A stretch of DNA of 64,000 nt from Hypanus sabinus (GCF_030144855.1 NC_082711.1:158286001-158350000), one strand, 5' to 3'. Positions 25,600-38,481 are shown, counted from the stretch's first letter. Program-made: numbers and translations. The notes: a model not told the origin generated them from the letters alone.

Positions 25600-26950
25600 C
25601 TCTTTCTTATGGTTTTCACGTCGTTAACATCAAAGGCCATACCCTTCTTAATACACATAACGTGTTGTCCAAAGTAACTCTCCGCGTCAGGAAAATTCCA
25701 GTCGCTGTAGCCATTAAAATGAATACAAAACAGGGCAGAGTTGCCGAGTGCCTGTGCAGGGGCACATCTGCAATCCTTCCCCCTGTACTATCACTTGTGC
25801 CCGCATCCCAGTCGGATCGCAATTTACTGACAGCAAAATGCAGCTCGATATAAACCGCTCTCCCTAAATCCGCCTTTAGCCTGGGCTCTGGACCACTGAA
25901 GTCTCTAAAGGCGGCTATCCAGCTCTTGTTGGCATAATCCTACCCAGCATTTTCCGCAAGGAAAATCTCTCTCATTTGAAAATAAGAGAGGGACGCAGGG
26001 TTAACGGATGGGATTCTGGAGATGTGAACTCACTGACTGTATTTCCCTCAACTTCCTCCTCGTTCTGTTTTCTGTCGCACAGAAAGGAGGCCTTTCCCTC
26101 CACCTTTTGTCATTGCCTGCTCTAAACTTCTCAATCTCAAACCGTCATCCCCCCGCTTCTCTCCGGAAACTACAAAACAAGACTTCCTCGCAGCTGGAAA
26201 AGAGCCAAGATAAATGTTACAATGAACGATTATTGCTAAATTTGCATTAATGGGTCCGTTGTGTTTGCAAATCGAAATTCAAAAGGAATAATTCGCTTTA
26301 CGCATTTTTAGAATTATATCACCTTCACAGAGTATTAAAATTTGAAGCTAAAGCGAAATCGTTACTTCTCTAACTTTTGAATCCACAAGTTCCGATTCAA
26401 TTATACAGAGTAATCGCCTCTCTATATAAGGCACTGAACATTGAAACAAATAAAACCACTCTACCTGAAAGGTTGGTTGTGTACGAAAATAAAATCACAG
26501 TTGCAGTGCGATTGTTGTTCTAAAGTAGTTCAGATTCGTTCGCGTTGCCTCCTAAGCAGTGGGAGGTATAACATTACCCGATCGCAGCGCTGACGGAGAG
26601 TTCGAATTAAAGTTTTTTTGTTCACCTTGTTAACTTCTGTGAAAGTGCTACACGACGCCCGAGGCGTTTCTTTCAGTTTCCGAGCGGACCGGCGACCTGG
26701 AGCAAGATAGAATTAAAATCCGCGATCTCCGCCTTACTTTCGCCGCCCAAGAGGAGCAGAGATCATCCCAACGTGGCCGGATTTTCTTGTGGAGAAAATT
26801 CCCCAATCCCGCAAGGCGCCCAACTACAGTCGGCAGCTGTTTTCCATTCCCCGTTCCAGGGCACCCTGCTGATTCATCCCAGGAATTTCAGCTGCTGCTG
26901 AATATTTCAGCTACAGGAAAAGAGTTTGAAGCACAGGTATAAGGAGGTGT
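25600..26950. promoter_or_regulatory. CpG-enriched region, probable RAB34 promoter and non-coding first exon(s)
   Basis: Local CpG excess in a CpG-depleted window. Minus-strand donor-like sites near 26737 (aaa|gtaagg) and 26463 (cag|gtagag). ACTACA (ZNF143-like) motif near 26823. The RAB34 ATG exon begins with an acceptor, so an upstream exon is required. Confidence 0.55.
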
Positions 26951-27959
26951 TTTATTACTCTATTTTTAATCCTCTTAAGAGAATTGTTCATTCAAAGATA
27001 TTTTAAGAATGTGAGAACGATTTCCCTAGTATTCGGCTGTAACAACAACTTGTATTTGCACAGCGCCTTTAATTTATCAAGTTGCTGGTAAGTGTAATCA
27101 AAAACAAAATGTCACGCCCCGCCACAAAAGGGGATTTAAGGATCGATATCTAAGAACTTGGCTTTATGTAATATGGGGCTTAGTAAAGGAAAATTAGGTT
27201 TGACTTCCCTTTCTAACCTGTTTATGATCTCGATAACTACCTCACTCGTCCTCTTTTGCACGACTTATTGTAACTTATCATAATTTGTTATGCTGTGACT
27301 AAACATCAAAATTCACGACGTATGCCAGTGACAATAAACCTGATTCTAACTTAGTTATTGATGATATATCCAGAAAACCGGGTGAAGAGGAGCCAGTAAA
27401 TGTGATAGACTTGGATGTTCAGATAAAATCCTGCATCCAGGGGTAAATTAAGTTAAAGCATCACCTTGGAATGTGTGTTATGATACTAATTTGAATCGTC
27501 AGTTTGTTAACAGCTGAAAAACAAACAGGGAGATTTAATCCTATTCTGAAGATGGGTCTTGGCCAGAAATGTTGACTGTCTATTACTTTCCATAGATCCT
27601 ACCTGACCTGCTGAGTTCCTCCAACATTTTGTGTGTGCTACTTAGGGAAAATATGGAGGTTCTCTGCAAGCTAATGGTGCAGTGCAGGGATCTGTGTTTG
27701 AGCACCTCAACAATTGACAATTTATATATACAATATGGCTAAAGGGTTCAAATGTAACATTTCAAATTGATGATGAATATGTGGTCGTGAGGAGGATGTG
27801 AAGGTGCCTCAAGAGAATGAGGAAAGGACCACCATTTTGACCCAAAATGTTGACAATTCCTTTCCTCCTACAAATGCCTGCTAAGTTCACACAGACTGTT
27901 TGCTGCTCCAGACTCTTGTATCTCCACGAGCAGAGATATTTTACTACAATTAAATAATA

Positions 27960-29975
27960 TTCAGAAGAATGAGGGGGAATCTCGTTAAAATCTACGAGAC
28001 ACTGAATGGCCTGGATCGAGTGGGTGTGGACAGGGTGTTTCCATTGGTTGTAGAGCGCAGGATCCAAGGGCTTAGCCTTAGAATAAAGGAGCATCCCTTT
28101 AAAACTGAGATGAGAAGGAATTTAAAAAGCAAACACGAGGAAATCTGCAGATGCTGTAAATTCAAGCAGCACACACAAAATGCTGGTGGAATGCAGCAGG
28201 CCAGGCAGCATCTATAGGGAGAAGCGCTGTCGACGTTTCGGGCCGAGACCCTTCGTCCTGCTTGAGGAGGAGTTTCTTCAGACAGTGGTGAATCTGTGGG
28301 ATTTGTTGCCACAAAGGGTGTATTTAAGGTCGATTTATAGGTTATAAGGTTTAGAGGGAGAAAGCAGAAGAATGGAATTGAAAAAAAATCAGCTTTGATT
28401 GAATGATGGAGCAGATTCGATGGGCCAAATCTCAGTGAGATAACATCTGGAGCATTTTAGAAAAGTTTGGTCTCTTTTCTTAAGGAATGATATTCTTTCT
28501 ATACAGAGAGTGTGCCAAACATTCACCAGGCTGATCCCAGATCGATCATTTAAGTCGATAAGTGTAAACCGAGTCTGTATTTTCTAAGGTTTAGTAGAAT
28601 GAGAGGTAACAGATGACTAGCAGAGTGGATATCTCTCTGGAGCTAGTGACATACTAGGGCCAAGCAGAATCAATGGAGAATCCTGACTGCATTAAGGGCC
28701 TGATGCGTTAGGTGCAGGGAAAATATTTCCACAGATTGTGGAGCCTAGGACAGAGGTGCTGATGAAGAACCAGAAATAGGCTGATTGGGACTGAGACAAG
28801 GAGACAATTTTTTTATTCACGGGATGGTGAAACTTTGGAATTCTTTATCCTGGAGGGCTGTGGAGGTGCAGTCATTGTTTACATTTGAAATAGAGGTTGA
28901 TGGATTTCCAGAATTTACACAAATTAAAGGAAGTAAACTTAAGGCAGGAAAATGGCATCAAGGTAGATCAACCATAATATTTTTGGATGATGCATCAGCA
29001 AAGAAAGACAAGTGGAGGGGCAGGTGGTGTTAAGGAATCAGTGAGTCTGCATTAGGGTTTAGACAGATTAGGAGAATGAGTAAAGATGTGGCTGATGGAA
29101 TACAGTGTAGAAGAGTGTATGGTCATGTGGTTATTTTATAAATAAGGAATTAATTTTAAAAAATCAGAGACGCAAAGCGGCCTGGGAGTCCTAGTGCTGG
29201 ACTCCCAAAAGGTTAACTTGCAGTCAGTAGGAAGGAAGACAAATGTAATGTAAGCTTTCATTTCAACAAAGCTGGAACCTAAAAACAAGGATATAATACT
29301 GAGGCTTGATAAGGCATTAGTCAGTCTATATATGGACTCTTGTGAGAGTTTAGGGCCCCTTATCAAAGAAAAAATATGCTGGCATTAGAGAGGATCCGGA
29401 GGAGATTTATGAGAATGATCCCAGGAATGAAAGGTTTAGCAGATGAAGTTTGTTTGAATGTTTTGGGCCTACCTGTGCTCACTGGAATTTAGAAGAAAGG
29501 GGGGAATCTCATTGAAACCTATCAAATATTGAAAAGCTTAGATAGAGTGAATGTGGCGAGATGTTTCCTATAGTGGGAGAGTTCAGGATTATGGGGCACA
29601 GCCTCAGAATAGAAGGACACCCCTTTGGAACAGAGAGTATTGATGTGCATAGTCCAGCGCTCTTCAGCCTCCTCAGGAAATAGAAGCATTGGCGAGCTGT
29701 CCTGATTGTATAGAAAGTGTTCTGAGACCATGAGAGGTTGTGTGAGATGTGCATTCCCAGGAGTTTGAAACTGCTTGCAGTTTCCACCGCTGTGCTGCCA
29801 ATATAAATTCTGAAGGTTTAAAGAAGACGTTGATAGGTTCTTGATTAGTAGAGGCATCAAAGGTCACAGGGAGAAGGCAGAACAATGGAGGTGAGAGGGA
29901 AAATAATTCGGCTATAATCAAATGGCAAAGCAAGCTCAATGGACCGAATGTTCTAATTCTGCTCCTGTGTCTAAA
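27960..29975 (+). mobile_element. Mosaic of CR1 3' fragments with nested PLE end (about 28128-28258, -) and Rex1-like piece (about 29635-29800, -)
   Basis: MRGNLVKIYETLNGLDRVGVDRVFP, MVKLWNSL and SSFKLLGMHISHNLSWSQN remnants. Confidence 0.75.
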
Positions 29976-30194
29976 GGGGCCATGATCCTAGTTGGTTTCC
30001 TCTTACGTTCTTCTGATATTTAATTGGCTACTCCTACTGTAATATCAGTCCAAATGGTGCTGACCAATAGCTCTCTACTCTGAAGTGAACCATCACTATT
30101 TGAGAGATTTCCATGCATGTCCAGTGAAAGGCAGAATGTACAAGCTGGAGATGTCCTTGCACTTGGCTGCCCATTCCATTGCTGATCCACCCTT

Positions 30195-31710
30195 TACATA
30201 AATTGAATTGACTTTATTAATAACATCCCTCAAATACATGAAAAGTAAAAATATTTACGTTATGTCTCCATTCAAATGTGCAATTATAGTAATTTATAAT
30301 AAATGTTACATACAACAGGATAGTCAATATAACATAGAAATACAGTAGCATCAGCATGAATTAAGCAGTCTGATGGCCTGGTGGAAGAAGCTGTCATGGA
30401 GCCTGTTGGTCGAGGCTTTTATGCTGTGGTACCGTTTCCCAGATGGTAGCAGTTAGAACAGTTTGTGGTTGGGGTTACTTGGGTCCCCAATGATCCTTCA
30501 GGCCCCTTTTACACATCTGTCTCTGTAAATGTCCAGAATAGTGGGAAGTTCACATCTATAGATGCGCTGGGCTGTCTGCACAACGTCCGCAAAGTCCTGC
30601 GATTAAGGGGAATACAGTTCCCAAACCAGGCAGTGATGCAGCCAGTCAGGATGCTCTCAAACACAAAGTACACTGCAGATGCTGTGTTCAAATCAACACG
30701 TACAAACAAGCTGGATGAACTCAGCAGGTTGGGCAGCATCCCTTGACGGCTCATTTCAACGGATGCTGCCCGACCTGCTGAGTTCATCCAGCTTCTTTGT
30801 ACGTGTTGAGGATGCTCTCAAACATGCCCTTATAGAAAGTTCTTAGAATTTGGGGGGCCATACCAAACTTCTTCAAATGTCTGAAGTGAAAGAAGTGCTG
30901 TTATGCCTTTTGCACCACACAGCTGGTATGTACAGACCACGTGAGATCCTCAGTGATGTTTATGCCACGAACTTAAAGTTATTCACCCTCTCAACCCCAG
31001 ATCCATTTATGTCTATCTATAGGGGTTAGCCTGTCTCTGTTCCTCCTGTAGTCCACAACCAGCTCCTTTGTTTTTATGACGTTGAAGGAGAGGTTGTTTT
31101 CTTGACATCACTGTGTCAGGGTGATGACTTCCTCTCTGAAGGCTGCCTCATTATTATTTGAGATTAAGGCCAATCAGTGTAGTGTCATTAGCAAATTTAA
31201 TTAGCAGATTGGAGCTGTGGGTGGCGACAGTCATGGGTATACAGGGACTAAAGGAAGGGGCTTAGCCCTGAGGGGTACCTGTGTTGAGGGTCAGAGGTGA
31301 GGGAGCCACTCTTACCACCTGCTGGCGATCTGACAGGAAGTCCAGGATCCAGCTACACAAGGCAGAGTGAAGGCCGAGGTCTCTGAGCTTCTTGTCGAGC
31401 CTGGAGGGAATTATGGTGTTGAGTGCTGAACTGCAGTCCAGGAACAGCATTCTCACAAAAGCATTCTCTTCTCTAGATGTATAAGGAAGATGTGCAGAGC
31501 TGTGGCTATTGTGTCATCTGTCGATCGATCGGTTGTGTCAGTAGTTGAATTATATGGGGTCCAGTGTGGGAGCCAGCATGCTGCAGATGTAATATTTGAC
31601 CAGTCTTTCAAAACATTTGCCTATTATTGAGGTGAGTGTGACAGGATGCCGGTCGTTCAGACATGTTACCTTGGTCTTTTTAGGTACAGGGACTATGGTG
31701 GATGTTTTGA
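30195..31710 (-). mobile_element. Rex1/Babar-like LINE, degraded
   Basis: RMLFLDCSSALNTIIPSRLDKKLRDLGL...LNTGTPQG and ESILTGCITAWFGNC; 3' tail aataaagtcaattcaatt. Confidence 0.85.
30664..30808. mobile_element. 145-bp hairpin insertion derived from inverted PLE ends
   Basis: About 49-bp near-perfect inverted arms; exact 16-bp TSD AGGATGCTCTCAAACA at 30648-30663 and 30809-30824. Confidence 0.85.
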
Positions 31711-33499
31711 ATCCTTAGCTTTCCTTCTGGGAGAGCTAGCATACAGTCAATGACCCAAACATTTGAATAGGTTCACTGACTCTGAAGAAATGTTAGTACA
31801 AGTATGTGTTTTATATATTTTACTTTTCTGTTTAAAATGTTTTAAAATTGCTTTAACCACCACCATCTGAATGAAGACATTTCCTCTTCTTTCTCTGATA
31901 ATAGGCCTGCCTTTTTTTTGAGACTTCAACCCTCTGGTAAAGAGAATGTAAAAACCTTTGACAGTGATGGATGTCTTGGGGCAGGACTTCAGCATATGTT
32001 GTTTGAGGCCCAGTTGCCATTCAGGACCTTGTATGCCTCGGCAGGTGCCAGTCAGTTGTGGAAGTGCTATGTGTCCAGTCCTCCAAATCTAAAAAAAGGT
32101 AAGTATGGTGACTGTTCCTTGGTGGTGAGTTCGGGCAAAGGGCCATACCCAGGACAATCCAACCCAATAAATCACCTGAAAGTTAAAGACAAAAAGTGTA
32201 ACTGTCAGAAATGTGAAATAAAAATAGAAAATGCTGTAAAGTTGCAAGGAGTCAGACAGCATTTGTGTAAAGAGTTGATGAAGGGTCACTAACATGAAGC
32301 TTTTATCATTTCCTTTTCCACAGATGCTGCCTGACCTGCTGAGATCTTTTTTCCACTATTTTCTGTTTAATTCTGAATAGATGCTGTACTGCTGATGTGA
32401 TGTGGTGAAGAAAGGTTAATGCTGTCAGGTACTGTTTCCAGTTTTAGTTCTGTGGCTGCATTAACCTTAAAATAAACATGTTGATGTAAAATAAATTGCG
32501 TAAAAGTCAGGTGAAAGCACCAATAGTCACATTAACTCAATGGGTAACTCATTAGACTGGATAATTGGACTACAGATCTAAGAAACAGATTCAAATCCCT
32601 CCATAGTAGCTAAAGGCTTTTTGTTCATCCTGCTGAGTGAGGTATTTCATTGATTCTGTTATGTTTCTTGGATTTACTGAGCATGCCCGCAAGAAAATGA
32701 ATCTCATGATGCTTTATGGTGACGTATATGTACTTTGATAACACATTTACTTTGAACATTGAATAAATTTGGAATTTTTAAAAAACCAATAGCATTAGTA
32801 ATTGTAATCATAAAATCATAGATCGTCATAAAATACATTAGTAGTCTTCACAGAAGGAAAATTGCCCCCATTACTCAGTCTAGTCAGTATGTGACTACTG
32901 ATCCACCTATTTATTGTTTCCTCAGATAACTTGTGCCTTGCAAGATTACATATTTATAATCTGACAAAAGGATTGAAAAAAGGCAAAGTAGTGCAGGAGA
33001 GGCTACAGATACTGGGTGATGGGGGCAGAAAGGCAAAAGCAGAATGGAAAGACTGTGGGAGAGGAAGGATTTATAAGGAATCTCTTCCAAGCTGCTCACC
33101 ATCTCTAGAGTTTTGCATTAACACTCCTTTAACACCGACTTGATGAAGCGATGAACTGCTTATTTGAAGTAGGAGTGAAGATAAGATGCTGGGTTCTGTC
33201 TGTATCGTCCACCATCAAGTAATATTGCAAGACTTGGCAGAGGAAATGGGAAAGGTTTTGTTAACGTGATAGAGGATGTGATGAAGGTTAACATAGTAGA
33301 GGTAACAGGTGCAAGCAGACCAAGCACTCTCGATGAAATATGGAACAGCCAGCCTCAGAGTGTTAAGTTTTATATTTTAACTTGACCTCTACATCTGTTG
33401 CACTCAGTTCAATTTACAATACTTTGTATTTTTATCAACATACAGCACAGAGTAGGCCTTTCCGGCCCTGTCAGCCTTGCCAGCCAGCATTCCATAAGA

Positions 33500-34926
33500 T
33501 AGATAGATACTTTATTCATCCCCAAGGGGAATTTCAACATTTTTCCAGTGTCCCATACACTTATTGTAACAAAACTAATTACATACAGTATGTAACTCAG
33601 TATAAATATGATATGCATCTAAAATCACCCTCCCAAAAAGCATTAATAAATAGCTTTTAAAAAGTTCTTAAATAGTTTACTAAAGTGCATTGAGTGGTAA
33701 CTTAAGCTCAGTCCTAACCCCAGCACTTTAACATGTCTTGCCCCTGGTGGTTGAATTGTAGAGCCGAATGGCATTGGGGAGTAATGATCTCTTCATCCTG
33801 TCTGAGGAGCTTGCATTGACAGCAACCTGCCGCTGAAGCTGCTTCTCTGTCTCTGGATGGTGCTGTGCAGAGGATGTTCAGGGTTTTCCATGATTGACCG
33901 TAGCCTACTCAGCGCCCTCCGCTCTGCCACCGATGTCATACTCTCCAGTTCTGTGCCCACGACAGAGCCCGCCTTCCTTTCCAGCTTATTAATACGTGAG
34001 GCATCCCTCTTCTTAATGCTGCCTCCCCAGCACACCACCACAAAGAAGAGGGCGCTCTCCACAACTGACCAATAGAACATCTTCAGCATCTCACTACAAA
34101 CATTGAATGACACCTGCCTTCTGAGGAAGTACAGTCGACTCTGTGCTTTCCTGCACAGGGCATCTGTGTTGGCAGTCCAGTCTAGCTTCTCATCTAACTG
34201 CACTCCCAGATACTTGTAGGTCTTAACCTGCTCCACACATTCTCCATTAATGATCACTGGCTCCATATGAGGCCTAGGTCTCCTAAAGTCCACCACCATC
34301 TCCTTGGTCTTGGTGATATTGAGACGCAGGTAGTTTGAGTTGCACCATATCACAAAGTCCTGTATCAGTTTCCTATACTCTTCCTCCTGACCATTCCTGA
34401 CACACCCCAATATGGCTGTGTCATTAGCGAACTTCTGCACATGGCAGGACTCCGAGTTATATTGGAAGTCTGATGTGTACAGGGTGATCAGGACCGGAGA
34501 GAGCACGGTCCCCTGCGGCGCTCCTGTGCTGCTGACCACCGTGTCAGACCTACAGTCTCCCAACCGCACATACTGAGGTCTGTCTGTCAAGTAGTCCGTT
34601 ATCCAATCCACCATGTGTGAGTCTACTCCCATCTCCGTTAGTTTATGCCTTAAGATCCTGGGCTGGATGGTGTTAAAGGCACTAGAGAAGTCCAGGAATG
34701 TAATCCTCACAGCACCACTGACCCTGTCCAGGTGAGAGAGGGATTTGTGCAGCAAGTACATGATAGCATCCTCCACTCCCACCTTCTCCTGATACGCAAA
34801 CTGAAGAGGATCCCGGGCGTGCCTGGTTTGTGGCCTCAGATTCAGTATTATCAGCCGCTCCATGGTCTTCATCACGTGCGACGTCAAAGCAACAGGTCTG
34901 AAGTCATTCATCTCCCTTGGTTGTGG
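33500..34926 (-). mobile_element. Young 5'-truncated Rex1-type LINE with an uninterrupted RT frame
   Basis: ORF 33793-35025: FRPVALTSHVMKTMER, DFSSAFNTI, GAPQGTVLSP, KFAND, YKYLG; (TATC)n tail after AATAAA. Confidence 0.93.
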
Positions 34927-35640
34927 TAAGACCATAAGACAAAGGAGTAGAAGTCGGCCATTCGGCCCATCAAGTCTGCTCCGCCATTTCATCATGAGCT
35001 GATCCAATCTCCCCTTTAGTTCCATTCCCCCGCCTTCTCACCATAACCTTTGATGCCCTGACTACTCAGATACCTATCAATCTCTGCCTTAAATACACCC
35101 AATGACTTGGCCTCCACTGCCACCTGTGGCAACAAATTCCACAGATTCACCACCCTCTGGCTAAAATTTTTTTTCGCATCTCTGTACTGAATGGGCACCC
35201 TGCAATCCTCAAGTCATGTCCTCTCGTACTAGACATCCCCACCATGGGAAACAACTTTGCCACATCCACTCTGTCCATGCCTTTCAACATTTGAAATGTT
35301 TCTATGAGGTCCCCCCTCATTCTTCTAAACTCCAAGGAGTACAGTCCAAGAGTGGTCAAACATTCCTCATGTGTTAACCCTCTCATTCCTGGAATCATTC
35401 TAGTGAATTTTCTCTGAACCCTCTCCAATGTCAGCACATCCTTTCTTAAATAAGCAGCCCAAAACTGCACACAGTATTCCAAGTGAGGTCTTACCAGTGC
35501 CTTATAGAGCCTCACATCACATCCCTGCTCCTATACTCTATTCCTCTAGAAATGAATGCCAACATTGCATTCGTCTTCTTCGCCACCAACTCAACCTGGA
35601 GGATAACCTTAAGGGTATCCTGCACAGGGACTCCTAAATA
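34927..35640 (-). mobile_element. CR1-type LINE 3' fragment
   Basis: LYKALVRPHLEYCVQFWAAYLRKDVLTLERVQRKFTRMIPG; (TCTTATGG)n tail. Confidence 0.9.
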
Positions 35641-35641
35641 C

Positions 35642-35679
35642 CTGTCCTGACGAAGGGTCTCGGCCCGAAACGTCGACAG
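35642..35679 (+). ncRNA. Best-preserved minimal type I hammerhead ribozyme (in a PLE end spanning about 35641-35776)
   Basis: Stem I CTGTC/GACAG, core CTGACGA, stem II GGGT(CTCG)GCCC, GAAA, palindromic ACGT; predicted cleavage after C35674. Confidence 0.8.
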
Positions 35680-36046
35680 TGCTTCTCCCTATAGATGCTA
35701 CCTGTCCTGCTGTGGTCCACCAGCATTTTGTGTGTGTTGTTGTTTGAATTTCCAGCATCTGCAGATTTCCTCGTGTCCTGCCATTCACCCAGTTCAATCC
35801 TAGCCTAATCATGGGACAATTTACAATGACCAATTAACCGATCAAGGATTAGGGACAGGACTGGACCACTTTCCTACACAGTGGAGATTGCGTTTGATGT
35901 CATCTGGAGACAACATATCAATCAGCTCAGCAGAGTAGACTCAATTGTTAGAGAAGTCTACTCTTTGGACTGTGGGAGGGAAACCAGATCACCCGGAGGA
36001 AATCCATAGGGAGAACATACAAACTCCTTACGAGCAGTGGCGGAAA

Positions 36047-36860
36047 TTCAAGTCAAGTCAAGTCACTTTTATTGTCATTTCAACCATAACTGCTGGTACA
36101 GTGCATAGTAAAAATTAAAGGACGTTTTTTCAGGACCATGGTGTTACATGTCACAGTCCAAAAAACTTGACTGAACTACTTAATAAAAAAACAGAGAAAG
36201 CTACACTAGACTACAGACCTACACAGGACTGCATAAAGTGCACAAAAACAGTGCAGGCATTTACAATAAATAATAACCAGGACAGTAAGGCAAGGTGTCA
36301 GTCCAGACTTTGGGTATTGAGGAATCTGATAGCTTGGGGGAAGAAACTGTTACATAGTCTGGTCCTGACAGCCCAAATGCTTCAGAGCCTTTTCCCATGT
36401 AGCAGGAGGGAAAAGAGATTGTATGAGGGGTGCATGGGGTCCATCATAATGCTGTTTCCTTTGCAGATGCAGCGTGTAGTGTAAATGTCCATGATGGCAG
36501 GAAGAGAGACCCCGATCATCTTCTCAGCTGACCTCACTATACACTGCAGGGTCTTGTGATCCGAGATGGTGCAATTTCCGAACTAGGCAGTGATGCAGCT
36601 GCTCAGGATGCTCTCAGTACAAACCCTGTGGAATGTGATGAGGATGGGGGGTGGGAGATGGACTTTCCTCAGCCTTCGCAAAAAGTAGAGACGCTGCTGG
36701 GCTTTCTTTGCTATGGAGCTGGTGTTGAGGGACCAGGTGAGATTCTCTGTCAGGTGAACACCAAGAAATCTGGTGCTCTTTATGATCTCTACCAAGGAGC
36801 CGTCGATGTTCAGCGGGGAGTGATTGCTCCGTGCCCTCCTGAAGTCAACAACCATCTCTT
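36047..36860 (-). mobile_element. Rex1/Babar-like LINE 3' fragment inserted in a SINE
   Basis: KEMVVDFRR...[16 protein letters not shown]...[13 protein letters not shown]; (TTGAC)n tail. Confidence 0.85.
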
Positions 36861-38339
36861 TTGAACCAGGGTTGCTGGTACTGTAAAGCATTGTGCTACC
36901 CACTGCGCTACTGCACAGCCCCAATATTGTGGATACAATAAAATACTGAGTTGATACAACCCTAATTTGCATCTTAAATGAGGGTGCTATTTGAACCAGG
37001 TGACTTGATGTAAAGGTAAGGCCTCTTGCATAATTGGGCTTGGAGTGTGGTTCATTCATTCTGGCCCACATTTAGAAAGATTTTCATCCTGGTTTGATCT
37101 TGTTTCCACTGGGCAGAAGGAGTTAAAATTAACCTTGATGTGTTTAAACTTTTGACTAACCAGATATTCTTATCCTATTGATTTACTGACATAGAATTCA
37201 AATGTCTGGAAAAATAAGGAACTCATATGTGAAGTACATTCTTTTTCTTAAAGTTTTGATCGGCTGGCACCAACAACACAAATAGAAACTGCCCGGTGTT
37301 TTGACAATGATATAAATTATAATTAACTTATATCATTTACATTTATATCATTTATTTATTCCCCTCCATAAATTTTGCCTGACCTGTTGAGTTCCTCCAG
37401 CATTTTGTGTATTGCTGTGGATTTCCAGTATCTGCAAAATTACTTGTATATTATTTTCTTTTGTAGTTTTAAAAAACTTCTTCATTTTTAACTTATCAAA
37501 AGTAATATAGTGACTATAAAGTGTGTATACTATGCCACTGCACCTTTAATCTACATTATTCATTCCTAACAATAATCTTTTTGCTAAGAATTTTCCTTTA
37601 CATTATTTATAATTACATTTTATGGCGTTATTGCCACCTGCTGGACATTCAACTCTGGTATGGGCTTTCTATATTTAATGGTTAAGGCAATTTAACTCTC
37701 TGACAGAATCTGAATCAGATTATCACTGAAACATAAAATGTGTTGTTTCGTGGCAAGGTTTGGGCTCTCTTACACTTTAACGAAAAAAGGAAGAAGGGAT
37801 TGGTTTGGGACATTAGGTGTCCGGGCAGTCCAGTTCTCTGTTACATGAGCCACATTATTAAAGGAATGAACTTGAAAGACTGGACGTAAGTTTTCTAAAC
37901 AGACTAAAAATATATTAAGGAATAGCAAAGTGAATGGGTGTGAGAATCAAGTTATTTATATTTCTTCGTGTTTTCTGGGTATTACTTGCAAGGCCTTCAT
38001 TACTGCTCTTCCCTAAATGCTCTTTAAAAGATGGTAATGAGCTACCTCACCTTGAACTACTGCGGTTCTTTAACTGTACTCACAGATGCGGTATAGAAGG
38101 GAGCTCCAGGATTTATAACGAGTGTCATATTTCCCAGTCAGGATGGTGTGGCGTCTGAGAGAGAACCTGCCCGTGGTTATGAAGCTCCCATGCGCATACA
38201 CCACTTTGCCCATGTCCATGAGTATGATACTTTGCTTTCTGCTTTCCTGTACAGCCCTTCAATAAAGCAACTCTTCATTTTGTGTCATGGGCTTCTGAAC
38301 GCCCTGAGGCGGTTAACCATTTTAACTACGGATCTTGAA

Positions 38340-38456
38340 TTGGGAGGACTACAACTTCCACTCGGCCTTGCGCTCGTTGCGGCAGGACTCTCGCGAGACT
38401 TCGTGAAGCCGTGGATTTCAGCCCGTGCAACCCCGTGCCCGCTCTCTTTCCCTAAG
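38340..38456 (+). promoter_or_regulatory. RPL23A promoter: ZNF143-like ACTACAACTTCCA (38348), palindromic TCTCGCGAGA motif (38389-38398), TCT initiator/5'TOP tract CTCTCTTTCCCT (38442-38453)
   Basis: Motifs read directly from the sequence. CpG island about 38300-38900. Typical ribosomal-protein gene promoter architecture. Confidence 0.85.
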
Positions 38457-38481
38457 ATGGCTCCGAAGGTGAAGAAGGAAG
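38457..38481 (+). CDS. RPL23A: 60S ribosomal protein L23a exon 1 (MAPKVKKE)
   Basis: ATG directly after the TOP tract; donor G|gtgagc; 25 nt. Confidence 0.97.

Noticed and set aside
33793-35025. 410-aa ORF as a host gene or as an RT template-switch chimera
   Set aside because: It is Rex1 RT fused to CR1 UTR. The CR1 tail repeat (CCATAAGA/TAAGA) flanks both sides of the Rex1 copy, which indicates simple nested insertion.
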